Shown: piece by piece, positions 35,896 to 48,465 of the stretch | How positions within the stretch are numbered: the first letter of the stretch is position 1 | How the letters are laid out: each line of letters opens with the position of its first letter | DNA from: Gekko japonicus | Taxonomy: Eukaryota | Direction of reading: 5' to 3' | Length of the DNA: 64,000 bases | Assembly: GCF_001447785.1 (NCBI RefSeq) | Contig: NW_015161405.1 | Coordinates: forward strand, 1,089,835 to 1,153,834 | Position numbers and translations under genes: made by a program | Notes under the pieces: generated by a model | Told to the model about the DNA's origin: nothing | The model's input: the letters and a program-made list of their open reading frames with translations, nothing else | Database searches by the model: none

Positions 35896-38148
35896 AGAAT
35901 ATTTGCTAATATTTATATCCGTTGATAAATAAAGAGAATATTCTGTAAACATCATTCTCTTTTCTAAAGGAAACCAAATCCTGTACTGCCTATGGAACTT
36001 CTCGTCACTCAAGGAAGCGGAGAGTTCATAACAATGTTTTTAGAAACAGTCTTATTGTTTAAATAATAACAGAGAATACAAAGTAGTTGTCTGGATTTTG
36101 TTTTCAAGAAATACTGAAAAGGTCATAAAACTCAAGCCACTCCTTAAAACCATTCCTCCATAAATTAAAATGGTGAGGTAGGGTTCCCCCCCCATCTTTA
36201 CAACAGAAAATTGCTTTCTTAACCTATGTGTAATTGAAGGAAGCTTATTGGATTTCTAACTATGTTGCTAGAGAGCTTTAGTAGCAACTTTTGGGTGTCG
36301 ATTTCATTGTGCATTCACACAGAATGTTTTTTAAATAATCAATCTATCCATGTAATTTTTCTCCTGTACATACTTTTAGAAATCAGATATGGTTGCACAG
36401 TTTGCAAGATGTACTGCTATTTTATCAATTTAACATAAATAGAATTATTTAACAGATACACTGGCTCAGTTTAGACATAGTGCAAAACCATGATTTATTT
36501 CACTTATGATTAGTTTGTAAAATCAAGATTTAGCTCACATCCAGGTTTGCCTTGACAAATGCCTCTGTTCTTTCCCCAGAATCATCCTACTGAGATCCAG
36601 CTGGTATCTTGACCTGCATTGTCGCAAGGGCAGTGCCAGGGAACAAGCCAGGAATGAGCCAGGATGGTTGCGTTTGTACATCATGCAAAGCTATAGTTGA
36701 GGCTAGCTTTGGTTAGTAAACTATCTGCAGACTAGAATTTCGGATCCTGGTTTGATATACTCTTAACTAATCATAGTTTATGCAGTGGCCCATGTTTTGA
36801 TGAGCACATTAAACATAGCTAACAAAACTTCAGGTATTATCCAAATCAGTGGCTGCATTTAAAAATCAAGAACAATCCACAGTTTGATCATTTTGTGAAT
36901 AAGCCAGAAATTCTCTGTCTCCCTTCCCCCTCCCATCATGTGCTGTGCCAAGGTTCTTCCATTCAACCTTAATTTGCTGATATACTTGAATTCAGGCTCT
37001 TTAACAATTTAGGGTTAGAATCCTGATTCATGGCAGGAAACAAACCTTGATTTGTTAAAGTTCTCAATCTGGATATCACAACAAATGGTGGTTAGACTGA
37101 AGATTTGCTGGTTTGGGATATCTTTAGTCTTGGTTCTGCATGCAAGGTGGAAGGGGCTTGTGACTTGCTCATGACATCTGAATGCAGGATATGAGAGGAC
37201 ATGCACACAGTCACATAGAAATATATGGCATAACTGAACAGTGGGCTCATTTACCAGATTCTGAACTTACCTCACCAATAGAGTGCCTGTCCAGATATGC
37301 CATATACATACAATAACCTGTAAATGGGAGCCTTTAAACATTTCAACCAATCTCCTAAGTCCCCCCCCCCATTCTATGGAAGACATAGCATAGCAGCATG
37401 ACTTGATAACTGACCCAAACCAGGCAAATTTAAAATGCTGTATCTGTAGTTACAATAAACATCTCTTCATTCCATTTGAAATCCCTTGTGAACTATTTGG
37501 TCTTTTTATTGTTTCTGGCTAGTGGACAAAGTACCAGCTGTGAAACTATAAAACAATACAGCCTACTTGAATCTCACTTTAAGGACAGATAGTAAATTAT
37601 TCCTTGTTGTAAAAGGGGGAAAAGTCACCTCTACCTGTAGAATCTAAACATGGGTATTTTTTCCAGTGAATGCAGCAAACTGGACAGAATGATCCATCAC
37701 AATGGAGCTTTAGTCTATTGTTAGGTAGGCACTTTGTGCAGATATTTAGCATGTCACTCCAAATGTTAAGGACCCTAGAGCACAGCAGGCTTAGCCTATG
37801 GTGAATGATAAGTGTTCTAATGGTATTGCTCTCTTTCAGTTCCGTTCTATTCTTATCCTGTGTGATGTGACATCTATTAACCTTTCTTTTCTTGAAAGAG
37901 ATGAGCCTAAAGGAGATCTTCAGACCTTGGCTCTTAATGGAAACAAAAGCAAGCCTTGTGGCCTCTTAAAGTCTTGCAGATTGACAGTGCAGTTACTGCA
38001 GTCTATGCATTTAGGTGGTCGTACTCTGCATAAGGACTGCATTGTTACTGTGGCAGAAGGTTTCATAGACTAGAGCCGACTTGCATGGATCTAATGAATG
38101 TCATGTGTCTGATGAAGTCCACTAGTCCACAAAAGTTTATATCACAAT

Positions 38149-38645
38149 TAGGGATGGGCATGAACTACAAAAATGTGGTTCGGTTTGTGGGCAAGCCACA
38201 AACTAAACCACGAACCCAGTCAGCTTGCATACAAACCAAACCAAACTGGGATTATGAGGTTCATGCCCAAAACAGCTGAACCATGGTGGCAGCCTGCTCC
38301 CATGGCTCAGTTGTTTCTGGTTCTAAACAGCTGAGCTGATGGAATAGGCTGCTCCCATGTCTCAGCTGTTTAAATGGGCTTTCTTGGGCAACTAACCCCA
38401 GGGCCTGGCTGCCCAAGAAAGCCCCCTCAGCTCAACTGTTTCTTATTTTTGGCAGCTTTTATGGGGAGGAGAAAGCAGGGGTTTGAATCCCTGCATTTTG
38501 CTCTCCACATTCCTCAACAAACTGCTTTAAAAGCTTGTGGACATTCATGGCTGGCCTGTAGTTCATAAACTTCAATTCGTGAACCACAAACCGGACAAAA
38601 TTCATCATGAACAAAAGTTTGTGAGCCGGTTCATGCCCATCCCTA
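38149..38645. mobile_element. hAT-type MITE (TAGGGATGGGCATGAAC TIR)
   Basis: Perfect 17-bp TIRs. Perfect 8-bp TSD ATCACAAT. Confidence 0.95.
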
Positions 38646-38668
38646 ATCACAATAAAACTGTTAGTCCT

Positions 38669-39961
38669 CATCTATTCAACCTGTATTCAAATGACTTTGT
38701 TCCAAGCTTGCAAGGCATCTCCACCCACACATTGTGTCTGGGAAATTGCCCAGTACCTGCCTTGCTATATGCTGACGACTTTGTCTTGCTCTCCAGAATG
38801 GTCTAAAAAACACACTATAAAAGCATTCATTGCCTTTATAGTAAACTTTTGGAGATAAATGAAGACAAATGCAAGATCATGGTATTTACAAAGTCAACAA
38901 AACGATCAAACAAAAGATGGAAAATTGGTACCTACAAATTACAACATGTCAATGAATTTAGATACCTAAGAATTGTGTTCCAGTCAAATTTATCTTGCTC
39001 CAAGCATGTTCAATATCTCAAGCAAAAAATCATCTTAGCTTTGCTGGCTTTCAGGGGAAGTTTTTCTTTATCCAAGGCGCTCCATATGTGCCAGCACTTC
39101 TGAAGGCATATGAAGCTCTTGTGATACTGCACATGCTGTATGGTTCCCAGATCTGGTTCCTGGGCCTAATAAAACAACTAAATAAACTTCAGCTAACCTT
39201 CTTTCGCAAAATACTAGCTTTACCACCATGTATAGCTTCCTCAGTTATACAACTTGAACTGGGACTTCCAAATATTTCAGCACTGATTTGGAAATATATA
39301 GTAAGTTTTAAGCACAGACTGTTAAATTCCGAAGATCTCCCAGTTTTCGCCATATCAGCAGCCCATGAGTGCTGTTGATCAAAATGTAATAGAACTGTGG
39401 ACATGGAAATAAAATTTATGGAAATTAAGAAATCTAACTGAAAAAAATATACAAGCATTACTTATAGAGAAGCTGCTTAAACAGGACTGGGACTCTCTCC
39501 AAAAAGACGCTGCATGGAAATTCTCCCTGCTCCATCTGGGAATTAAGTACTCTACCCAATTTGATCCGCTTCACTAACTCAGTATGCTGGCAGTTCCAAA
39601 ACTGTAGTGGTCATATATGATCACATGTTGTAATGTGCTGCCAACAGCCCAGATGAAGAGCCAGTTCCTTAAGACACCTCCAGACCAGTGCTTTTGTGAC
39701 TGTCCTTTGGCAGTGGTTCGTTCGTTGTCCCATACTTTTTTCTACTGTCCAAAGTATGCAACAGCCAGAGAGAGATTTCTTAGAAAATGGCTACTGTAGT
39801 ACTCGACCATTCCTAATATTTCAAGATTAAGATAATTTTTGAGCAGCCTCTGCAAAAGCTGTATTGTGGATGTGGCAAACTTTTGTTTTATTGTAATTTT
39901 TAATTCTTAAAATTCATTTTATAGTGCATGGACTATGGGCTATTAAACTCCAACAAACTGT
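38669..39961 (+). mobile_element. Decayed 5'-truncated LINE, probably RTE-X clade
   Basis: HLFNLY...LLYADDFVLLS, KCKIMVF, C-terminal C-x-C...H...C knuckle (CDC...SHTFFYCPKY). 13-bp flanking repeat AACTGTTAGTCCT. Confidence 0.8.
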
Positions 39962-40286
39962 AACTGTTAGTCCTTAAGGTGTTACAAGACTTTTTTGTTT
40001 GGTCTTGTTGCAAAAGACAAACAGAGGTACCTCTCGGAAGCCTCTTAGTGGGTTTCAGTGCACTTTTAACCATCCTTGCTCTGAAGTTTCATCCTCTTAA
40101 AACCACACAAAGGATTAATTTCCCTATAATCTATGGGTCTGCAGAGCAGTTCAGTACAAGTTATTCTGCATGAATGGTTTGTTGTGCACCCATATATCAC
40201 TTAATAAAACCACTGAGCACATTAAAGCTTAAAAATGTTGAAACATTAGGCTGTTGGTTGTATTTGAAATGCAGCTTGGGATTCAT

Positions 40287-40501
40287 GTTGTTTTTTGCTG
40301 TCAAGTCACAGTTTACTTATGGCAACCCCATAGGACTTTCAAGGCAAGAGATGTTCAGAGGTGGTTTGCCATTGCCTGCCTCCAGATCATGACCTTGGTA
40401 TTCCTTGGGGGTCTCCCATCCAAATACTAGCCAGAGTTGACCCTGCTTAGTTTCTAAGATCTGATTAGATCAGGCTAGCCTGGACCATCCAGATCAGGTA
40501 C
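40287..40501 (-). mobile_element. 5S rRNA-derived SINE with RTE/BovB-type tail, full length
   Basis: Minus strand GCCTGATCT...AGATCTTAGAAACTAAGCAGGGTC...TAGTATTTGGATGGGAGACC (5S internal control region). 10-bp TSD TGGGATTCAT. Confidence 0.9.
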
Positions 40502-41314
40502 TGGGATTCATAGTGTCAGTAAGATGATTGGGTGAGAAATTTTTCAGCATTGGCAGACATATATTCTGAAAATGCACAATGCCTTGTAGTTTATTTGAGC
40601 CTGCAACAGAAGATCTGAGAAAGATTTTATTTGGTCTTAAAGAAGAAACATGGCTTCAGATGGAACATGGCTGTTGACTCCTCTCTTGGCGATGGAAAGA
40701 AGCACTTCAGTTTTCCCAACTCTCTGGTGTTCTTGACAAATATTCCTGCTGGTCTTACGGGACTGCATTGAAGTGATTGATGGTGGCCATTGTTTTATTG
40801 TGAACTGAGGACACTGGAAAAGGAAGCCAAAGGCCCTACATAACATTGACATGGAAAAACACATTAGGATTAAGGCTACAGTCACTTCCTTAAACAAGCA
40901 TTGGCCACTCCTCTCACATCTGTTCTCTGAAAAAAGAAAAGTGAAATAAGACTATATTAATTATATGTGTAAAGATGGCTCAAAATTCCAATTAGCTTGC
41001 CTGTTTTGCAGTGTGTTATGCATATATGATTCTGCCAAAGCACTGTGGCTATGACATACTTTCTTGAACAGTGTTCCAACTTCTTGATCAAGTGCTGGAG
41101 GAGCAGGGATAACAACAGTGGCCAACTGGGACCTGTGTGTCTCAGAGGTTCTATCATAGCCCTTTCTATCTGACATCCTAGATTTTGGCTCCCTTCAGTA
41201 GTATAGACATGCAACAAGTACATCGTGTTAGAATTTAAGGCCATCTGCAGGAAAGCTCCAAATTTGCCAATGGAGCCATGCTTGCTATTTCTGTTGCCCT
41301 ACTAACAAAAAGAG

Positions 41315-41670
41315 GAGCTGCAGTAGCTCAAGTGGTTAAGACGCTGAACTGCAGGCTGTGGAAGGTTGGTAGTTCAGCAGTTCGAGACCCGAGTGTGCCG
41401 CATGACGGAGTGAGCTCCCGTCTCTAGTTCCAGCTCCTGCCAACCTAGCAGTTCGAAAGCAAGAAATTGCAAGTAGATAAATAGGTACCACTTCAGTGGG
41501 AAGGTAACAGCGTTCCGGGCGCCTTGGTGTTTAGTCATGCCGGCCACATGACCACGGAAACATCTTTGGACAGCGCTGGCTCTTCGGCTTTGAAACGGAC
41601 ATGAGCACTGCAACCCTAGAGTCGGATTTGACTGGCTTTCAAGCAAGGGAACCTTTACCTTTACCTTTTT
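41315..41670 (+). mobile_element. Sauria SINE (Squam1), full length
   Basis: GCCAACCTAGCAGTTCGAAAGC, GTAGATAAATAGGTACC, GGCCACATGACC, (ACCTTT)n tail. 14-15 bp TSD (T)ACTAACAAAAAGAG. Confidence 0.95.
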
Positions 41671-41989
41671 ACTAACAAAAAGAGACTAGCTGCCATATTG
41701 AAAATAGCCACATGGCTACGTCCCATGTTTACTTGATCTGTCTTTGGACCCTAGCTGTTCCTGAGTCATATATTTTATTGTGCTGCTTTAAACCCTTTTG
41801 AAAAGCTTCATCATAAGGCAGTACATTTGAAAGGTTTCCAGAGCAGTCTTTAAAATAAGAACATTTAGCATTTGTGTAAGACTTTTCAGTATACAACAAT
41901 GTTTCATACACATTATATGCCTGTAATCTGCGTGTAATATAATGTGCATATGCCTGTACACATTATATTTCTGTAATCATTGCAACTGT

Positions 41990-42170
41990 CCTATAGGGCG
42001 GAATGGAATTATTGTTATTTCTGTATTTCAGGAAGGGGAGGGGCTGAATTGAGACAGAGAGTGTGGCTTGCCTAAGGCTGTCTAATGACTCCATGGCCAA
42101 GACAAGATCTGTGCAAGGGACCTCCCAGCTTGCAGCTTAGAATTGTAGCCACTACGCTACATCAGCTCTC
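41990..42170 (-). mobile_element. Old tRNA-derived SINE
   Basis: TAGCCACTACGCTACATCAGCTCTC head and TGGCTTGCCTAAGG core. Confidence 0.6.
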
Positions 42171-43649
42171 AAAATAAATGTAATAGAAAGGAATTTCCCA
42201 GCAAACTCTAAGATGCTGTCATAAAATTCCACCGGCTAAGAACAGCAGTGCAGTGGCAGTGCGGAGAGGAGAGAGAACCCCATGATAAGGCCTGATAGTA
42301 TCATAAACATCCAGTTGAACTGAACCAAAACAAGCACAGTGTCCCTTCAAATTCCTCTTCAGATGGAGTGTGTACAACTGCCCTTTTGGTAGTCAGGGAT
42401 CATTTGACTGAATTAAAATAGTTTGAAATGAATATCCTTGGAAATGAAAACTGTAGGCTTTCCTGGGATGGTTTCTTTTGATATGTCAAGTCTGATCAGT
42501 ATCAAAACAATGTTTGCTGTATCCAGTCATTGTTACCCTGCTGTCTGTTTGCTATTTCAGTGTTACGTGAATGAAACATAAAAATTGCTATTTCAAATAA
42601 ATTTCAATATTATAAAGCCTTCACAGTGTACAGGGCAAATGCAGAGAGCAAAAGTCCCAAAATGCAACCTGTCTGAAAGACTTCCAGAATGTTTTTAAAA
42701 AGGTGTTCCCCAATCAGTGATGAATCTTACTAGGAAAAATTCCTTTTTTACATTTGATTTCAGGTAGCATAGTTAAAATCTGAGTAAGGAAGGGATGAGA
42801 ACAGCCCCTTCTAGTTCAGCCATTGTGGAAATATAAAAAGAACCATTAGATATAAGACAAGTGGTTGAGCATATAGACATAGAGCTTCTTTCTGTCTCAA
42901 AGCAACCTTAAAACTTTTTCCATGTGATAGACAGTGCAATCCTAAGCAGAGGTAACCTCTTCAAAACCTATTGAAACCAATAGATTTAGAAGGGTTTAAG
43001 TCTCCCTAGAACTGCACTGCAAGATCTACTGTCCCAGTCTGATTCATAACCGACTGAAATCATGGGACAGCAAACCACAAACTTTCAACAGTTCTGAATC
43101 TAATCTACAGAGTGACACATGGTGGTTTTCAGATTCTTTGAATCACTGTTCCCCATCTGTCTGTAAAGCAAGTATCATAAACTCTGAGACTCTAGACAAT
43201 TTGTATGATATTTATGACAGCGTGTGGTTTGATCAACAGCTCAGTAACGGGGCTGGATGTAATAATGATGTTGTTTCAGTTATTAAAAGAATTGAGTTAA
43301 TAGTTCTCTGGATAGGATACTTTAGTGTAAGCAAATTGGTAGATTCATAGACTATTTCTCCCATTTTCTAATAAATGCTAGTGACGTGCAGCACCAGAAC
43401 CACATTGTGGGTCTAGATATGGCTGGAGGGTGTATGCTGAAACTAAGAAAACTCAGATCTGGTCAGCATATGGATGGGAACGTTCTCCGTGTAAACCTTT
43501 TTGAATTCCATGATGGAAGAAAGATTAGACAGAAATGCAGTAAATAAGTAGTGTAGCACTTAAACTGTAAGCACTGGGATTTGCATATGAATTAACTGGA
43601 TGCAGGGTGGCTATGAGGCTGTTTCATTGATCTCATCACATAAGATCTA

Positions 43650-44274
43650 CAGCACAATCCTATGCATGTCATTCAGGCCCATAGGCCTGGGGGGCCCTGG
43701 GGGTGACACTGCCTCCCGAATTTGCTCTGCCCCTCCCCTCCTGGTCCCTTACTGCCCCTGAGAGCCTGGGGTGACCAATGAGCATAATGGCCCACCCCAC
43801 ACTTTGGAATGGCCTCTTGGTGCAGCCACAGTGCGCTTTCCTCTGCCCCGGGACTGGCGATGGGGGTGGCCTGCATGTGTGAGGTATCTCTTTCCCCGCC
43901 CCTGTTCCCAGGACTCATTGCTTTGCATAGGGCAGCCTTGGGAGTGGGATTGCTTGATTGCAACTGTGCCCTAATGCAAAGGGGACATCTGAGTGCACGC
44001 CCAGCTTTGATAACTCTCTCCACAGCTTTCCAATGGAAACAGGCAATGCTGACCCCCCACCCGGATTGAGGCCAGCAGCTCCTTCAGGCCACTCTGGCCA
44101 GCTTCACCTTCTGCTCCACTCCGCCAGCCCTTGCTCCACCTCTTGGTGCAGTGGTAATCTAATTAAGCTCCCTACTCCCGGTCTTTGCTCCCCCCCCCAC
44201 AGAAAATGTTCTGGCTATGGGGCTGGTGTCATTGGTGCTGACTCTCAGATAAGTGTGCGTAGGATAGCAGCTCT
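43650..44274. mobile_element. GC-rich MITE-like element
   Basis: Imperfect TIRs GCACAATCCTATGCA / TGCGTAGGATAGCAGC. A related short element lies at about 42932-43019. Confidence 0.55.
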
Positions 44275-44334
44275 AGTGTAGTGTAGTTTACTGATCTGAA
44301 TATCAAAATTTGAATCTAGTTGGGAATTTACTTT

Positions 44335-44480
44335 GACTGATACAATTCCCTGGAGGGTAGTAAGCATCCGTCACTGGAGGAAGTAAAGAAGAGGCTGGAC
44401 AGCCCTCTGTCGGAGTTGCTCTAGTCTGGATTTCTTGCACTGCACAGGGAATTGGACTAGATTGGCCCTTTCCAACTTGT
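44335..44480 (+). mobile_element. Degraded CR1 3' end
   Basis: TCACTGGAGG...AAGAGGCTGGACAGCC...TTGGACTAGAT...CCCTTTCCAAC. Confidence 0.75.
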
Positions 44481-46770
44481 TGAGCCTATTTCAGCTCCAT
44501 GTAACACTTTATTTGGTATTATGGATAAAAGGAAAATATTCTTAATTCCTCACTGGGGGCTGGAGAAGGGACTGCAACTCTGAAAGTTAAAAATAGTAGA
44601 ATATTCTTTGCAGGTGTGCTTATTTATTTAGAGAATTTGTACCCTGCCTTTCCAAAATTTGCTGGTTTTTCCAGTTGTTTTTAAACAAATCTGTTTTAAG
44701 GCAGGCAGAGGTGGATCACCTTAAACTAGTAATGGCATCATTTCAAAATGTTAAGCCCTCCAGAAAAGGCAGGCACATATATAAAGGAGCTCTCTGGAAC
44801 TCAGGGGGCAGTCAGGGACTGGTGTATAACCCAGTAGGACTCCCTGGCTCTTCTCCAATCAAGAAGGCCTTCTCAAGTGCCATCTCTGCTACAAGAGAAA
44901 TAAGAGGCAGTGAGAAAGGAAGATGTGAGTAGGGTTTTCATTGCCCGAGAAAAAGTGATTGTCTATGGCAGATTGGGGATTTGAACTCTGACCTCCTAGA
45001 CCCTAGATCAGTCCTCTAACCACTACCCCACATTGGCATCTTTTCTGGTTAATTGGTTTCATGGCTTCCTCACTGTGAGGAGCAATGTCCTAATATACAA
45101 CCTAAACTTTACTTTCTGGGATCTGAACCCATTATTTTCCTTCCCAAGCTGGCCTTGGCAGGCAGACTCTGAGATGACTTCCTGCCAGTCTGAAGTCTGT
45201 ACTCAGCCAAACTGATAACATTTTAACAGAGTCTCAGCACACCTACAGAAGCCATATAGCTCCCTTTAGGCTTCTACTTCGTTATTTGAGAATTGATGAA
45301 GAAAAAGAAGATGATGGTGGTGGTCATGGTGCACGGGAAAACAAGTAACCTGTTTCATATGTAGTGCAGAAATTAGTGAGATTTTAATCAGTGATGAGAC
45401 TTAGTTCTCATTTTCCCTCCCAATAACCCAGTGATAGAACTAAAACAATAATGTTTCTCCCTGGAGTAAAGACTTCGTTGTACTGCTGATTTCTCATTAT
45501 GCATTCAGGCACTTCTAGACTTTATACCATTTCAACTCAATCATATCCTGAAGTTTAAAACACACAGAAATCAGGCTTATAATGACAAATACATGAATCT
45601 TTCTTCTAATGTGCATTTCTGTCAATCAGTTTAACCTTCTGTCTATGTATAATGGTGTCTGTATCCTAGTATAAACAAGTGTCTGTGTAAAAATGCTTTG
45701 AATTTATGTGTGTTGGCTACACTTTCGACATACTGCTTCGGTGTTAGACTGTCTATCTCTGGAGTATATTTTTGCTTTTCTGTCTGACCTTCACCCACTG
45801 TTCTGAGATCACTGTCTGGTATTTAGTATTGCCCAAATAAATGAATTCACATTCCCTCCTGCTAATATGGTACAATTTTGTCGAGAGCCAGAAGTAGTGT
45901 CAGATCTTTCTGACAATGAAACAACTTCTGACTAAGTTCAAATCTGGCATACATAATAAAACTTGGCTAATTATTACATGGTCAGGACTTGGAGTGGCCA
46001 GTGGTAGTGGGAAATGGCTCTGTAAAGACTTTCTTTCAACGAAGCTTGGTTTGACCTGGCTTAACACTCCCACCCAATTCTTCAAGGGTGTACAAAACTG
46101 CAATTATTATAAAGTGAAGTGGACTTTGGACCTGTTTAATTTTCTATGGAATGTATATCCCTCATTTTTAATAGAGAATAGATGTACTCAAATTACATGG
46201 GTAAGAGTTTAGAGGCACTGTGAGCCACTGCCACTTGCTGCTCTACCAAAGAATTAAAAACCCCTAACTTGTAAAGATACATTTTCTTGAAAACTGAAAA
46301 GCATATTCTCACATTTAGAATATACTTGTTTTTGGTTGGTATCTCACTTTCAAAGTATTAAAATTGTATGAACCTTCACAATTCAGTGTCACTCCCTAAG
46401 AGATGGGGTTTTTTAAATAGGTACCATTTTTACTAAGCGTTTGTGTTAAGTACATATTCAGTGCTGCATAGAAACCCTCATATGAAGTGAGGAAATAGGG
46501 TCTGTACTAGATAGTTATAATTAGAAGGTATGTGGATGAGGCCAAATTTGTGTGCAAGTCAGGAAACTAACTTACTTCCTGGTTGTAATCTATAGCCTTA
46601 GAATTGTGTTAACAATTGTAATTTTTAACAGCAGGCAGCAGGGCCATGCTTCAAATGCATGGTTCCCTTTCTTTCCTGAACTATTTTACGTGAACCCAAA
46701 AAGAAAATAAAAAATGGCAACAGAGCTCCTGTCTTAAGCTACTTGGAACTCTAGAAATTAAAGAAGAAAC

Positions 46771-47012
46771 AAGGAGGAGGAGGAGGAGGAGAGTAGGATT
46801 TATACCCTGCCCTTCACCTGGAGTCTCAGAGCGGTTTATAATCTCCTTCCCTTCCTCTTCCCAGAACAGACACCCTGTGAGGTTGGTGGGACTGAGAGAG
46901 CTCTGCAAGAACTGTGACTGGCCCAAGGTCACCCAGCTGTGGAGGAGGAGTGGGAAATCAAACCTGGTTCTCCAGATTAAAGACCGCTGCTCTTAACCGC
47001 TACACCAAACTG
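46771..47012 (-). mobile_element. Squam3-like SINE with (CCT)n tail
   Basis: Homologous to 14177-14467. Confidence 0.88.
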
Positions 47013-48239
47013 AATCCCCATCGAGGCTATGATGCCCTCTGCAGCACATTTATGTGTCTATTGGGGAATCCATTATTTATAACATTATATCTATGTAGGT
47101 AGGTGAGTTACATACTGAGCAGCAGAAGCAAGAAATGGCAAGAAAGTAGAAAGAGACCAGAATGTCATTCTGATTAATGCTCTAGTATAAGATATAGCCA
47201 TCTCCCTACTCGCCTCTCAGACATCAACCTGCAAAATCCAAGGTAAAGAGTGTCATAATCCAGAAAAGTTACTCAATAAAATAAACCGCTCTACTTGCTG
47301 CAAACAGAAGGCTAAAGAAAGATCATGAAAAACACTTAATTCCCCTCCCCCTACAAAGAAAAATCCAAACAAAATCTGACCTGGGAAAAGACCTTCCTGC
47401 TTCTAAGTATAGCAAAGCATCATATCCTGAGAAAAGCCCCATCCACTTTGAGAGAAGGTAGGTATCTCTCAATTTCTAAACAGATTAAGGGCAAGTGACT
47501 TTGAGAGAATGATGCGGAGTCCAGCAGACATTATGTCTCTTATTCAGGATGGCATTTAAAAAAGAAAAAAAACATGTATATCTGGAATCAAATACCTCAA
47601 CAAATCTCCTTTGTTTGTGACTGGTGTGGATATGGCTTGTTCGCCATGCTCACACACTGCCTCCCCCCCTTCCCCCGTCTTTACACACAGAGGTATGATG
47701 GAAAGCTTCCTAGTGTGGGAAGTCTTCAGTCAAACTCCAATTTGACATGAAGTCCAACAATGTCAGCATCTGGGAAAAACTTGAGTGTTTCCTTCCCACA
47801 AATCGGGATTTCAACCACAGTTTAATCCCAGTTTAAAATTTTGGTGGATGGGGAGGAAATTAATTCCGGTTTTTCCAGGCACATGCATCTGGATGTCACA
47901 ACAAATTAAAGTTTGAAGGTTAGCTAAACCAGGAAGTTTTCAATTGTGCTCTGCTCATGAGGGTAGGAGGGAGGGGCAGGTGATCATTGCAAGAAAGCCT
48001 TATCATGAACAAACAGAGGTTTATTGTGATGTCTGTGGGTGACCTGTGTCTGGGCTATAAGGTGTCTTGAAGCCTCTAAAGCATGAAACAAAATGTCTGA
48101 CTCTGCTACCGCCATTATACATACACATACAACATGTACAGTAACTGCAAAAATCATGGCAAAACAGTTTTGTCATCATTGAGTAAAAAACTGTAGTTAT
48201 TTTCTCCTCACCAACCAGAATTTTAAACTGGGGTCACTT

Positions 48240-48465
48240 TTACAATTTGGGGGTGGGGATCTCATATTCTTCTCCTTCTGATGATGTCCGAGGAGGAGTC
48301 TCCCCTCACCACTTCAGGGAGCCCATTCCACAGAGCTGGAGCAATGATAGAGAAGATCCAGGCTCTGTTCAATGCTAGATGGGCCACCCTATCTGATGGG
48401 ATAGACAACATATGGCTGCCTGATGACCATGGCTGGTATACTGGGTCACATGGAAGGATATTATG
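48240..48465 (-). mobile_element. Old L2 fragment
   Basis: GGGAGCCCATTCCACAGAGCTGGAGC...GAGAAG corresponds to the AFS-APALWN region on the minus strand. Confidence 0.55.

Larger units (their letters stand above)
38105..40035 (+). mobile_element. Penelope-like terminal-repeat fragment, split by two insertions
   Basis: With the insertions removed it reads TCTGATGAAGT...AAAGTTTATATCACAATAAAACTGTTAGTCCTTAAGGTGTTACAAGACT, similar to 60855-60975. Confidence 0.65.

Noticed and set aside
40380-40490. 5S rRNA gene
   Set aside because: Diverged, fused to a LINE-type tail and flanked by a TSD, so it is a SINE.
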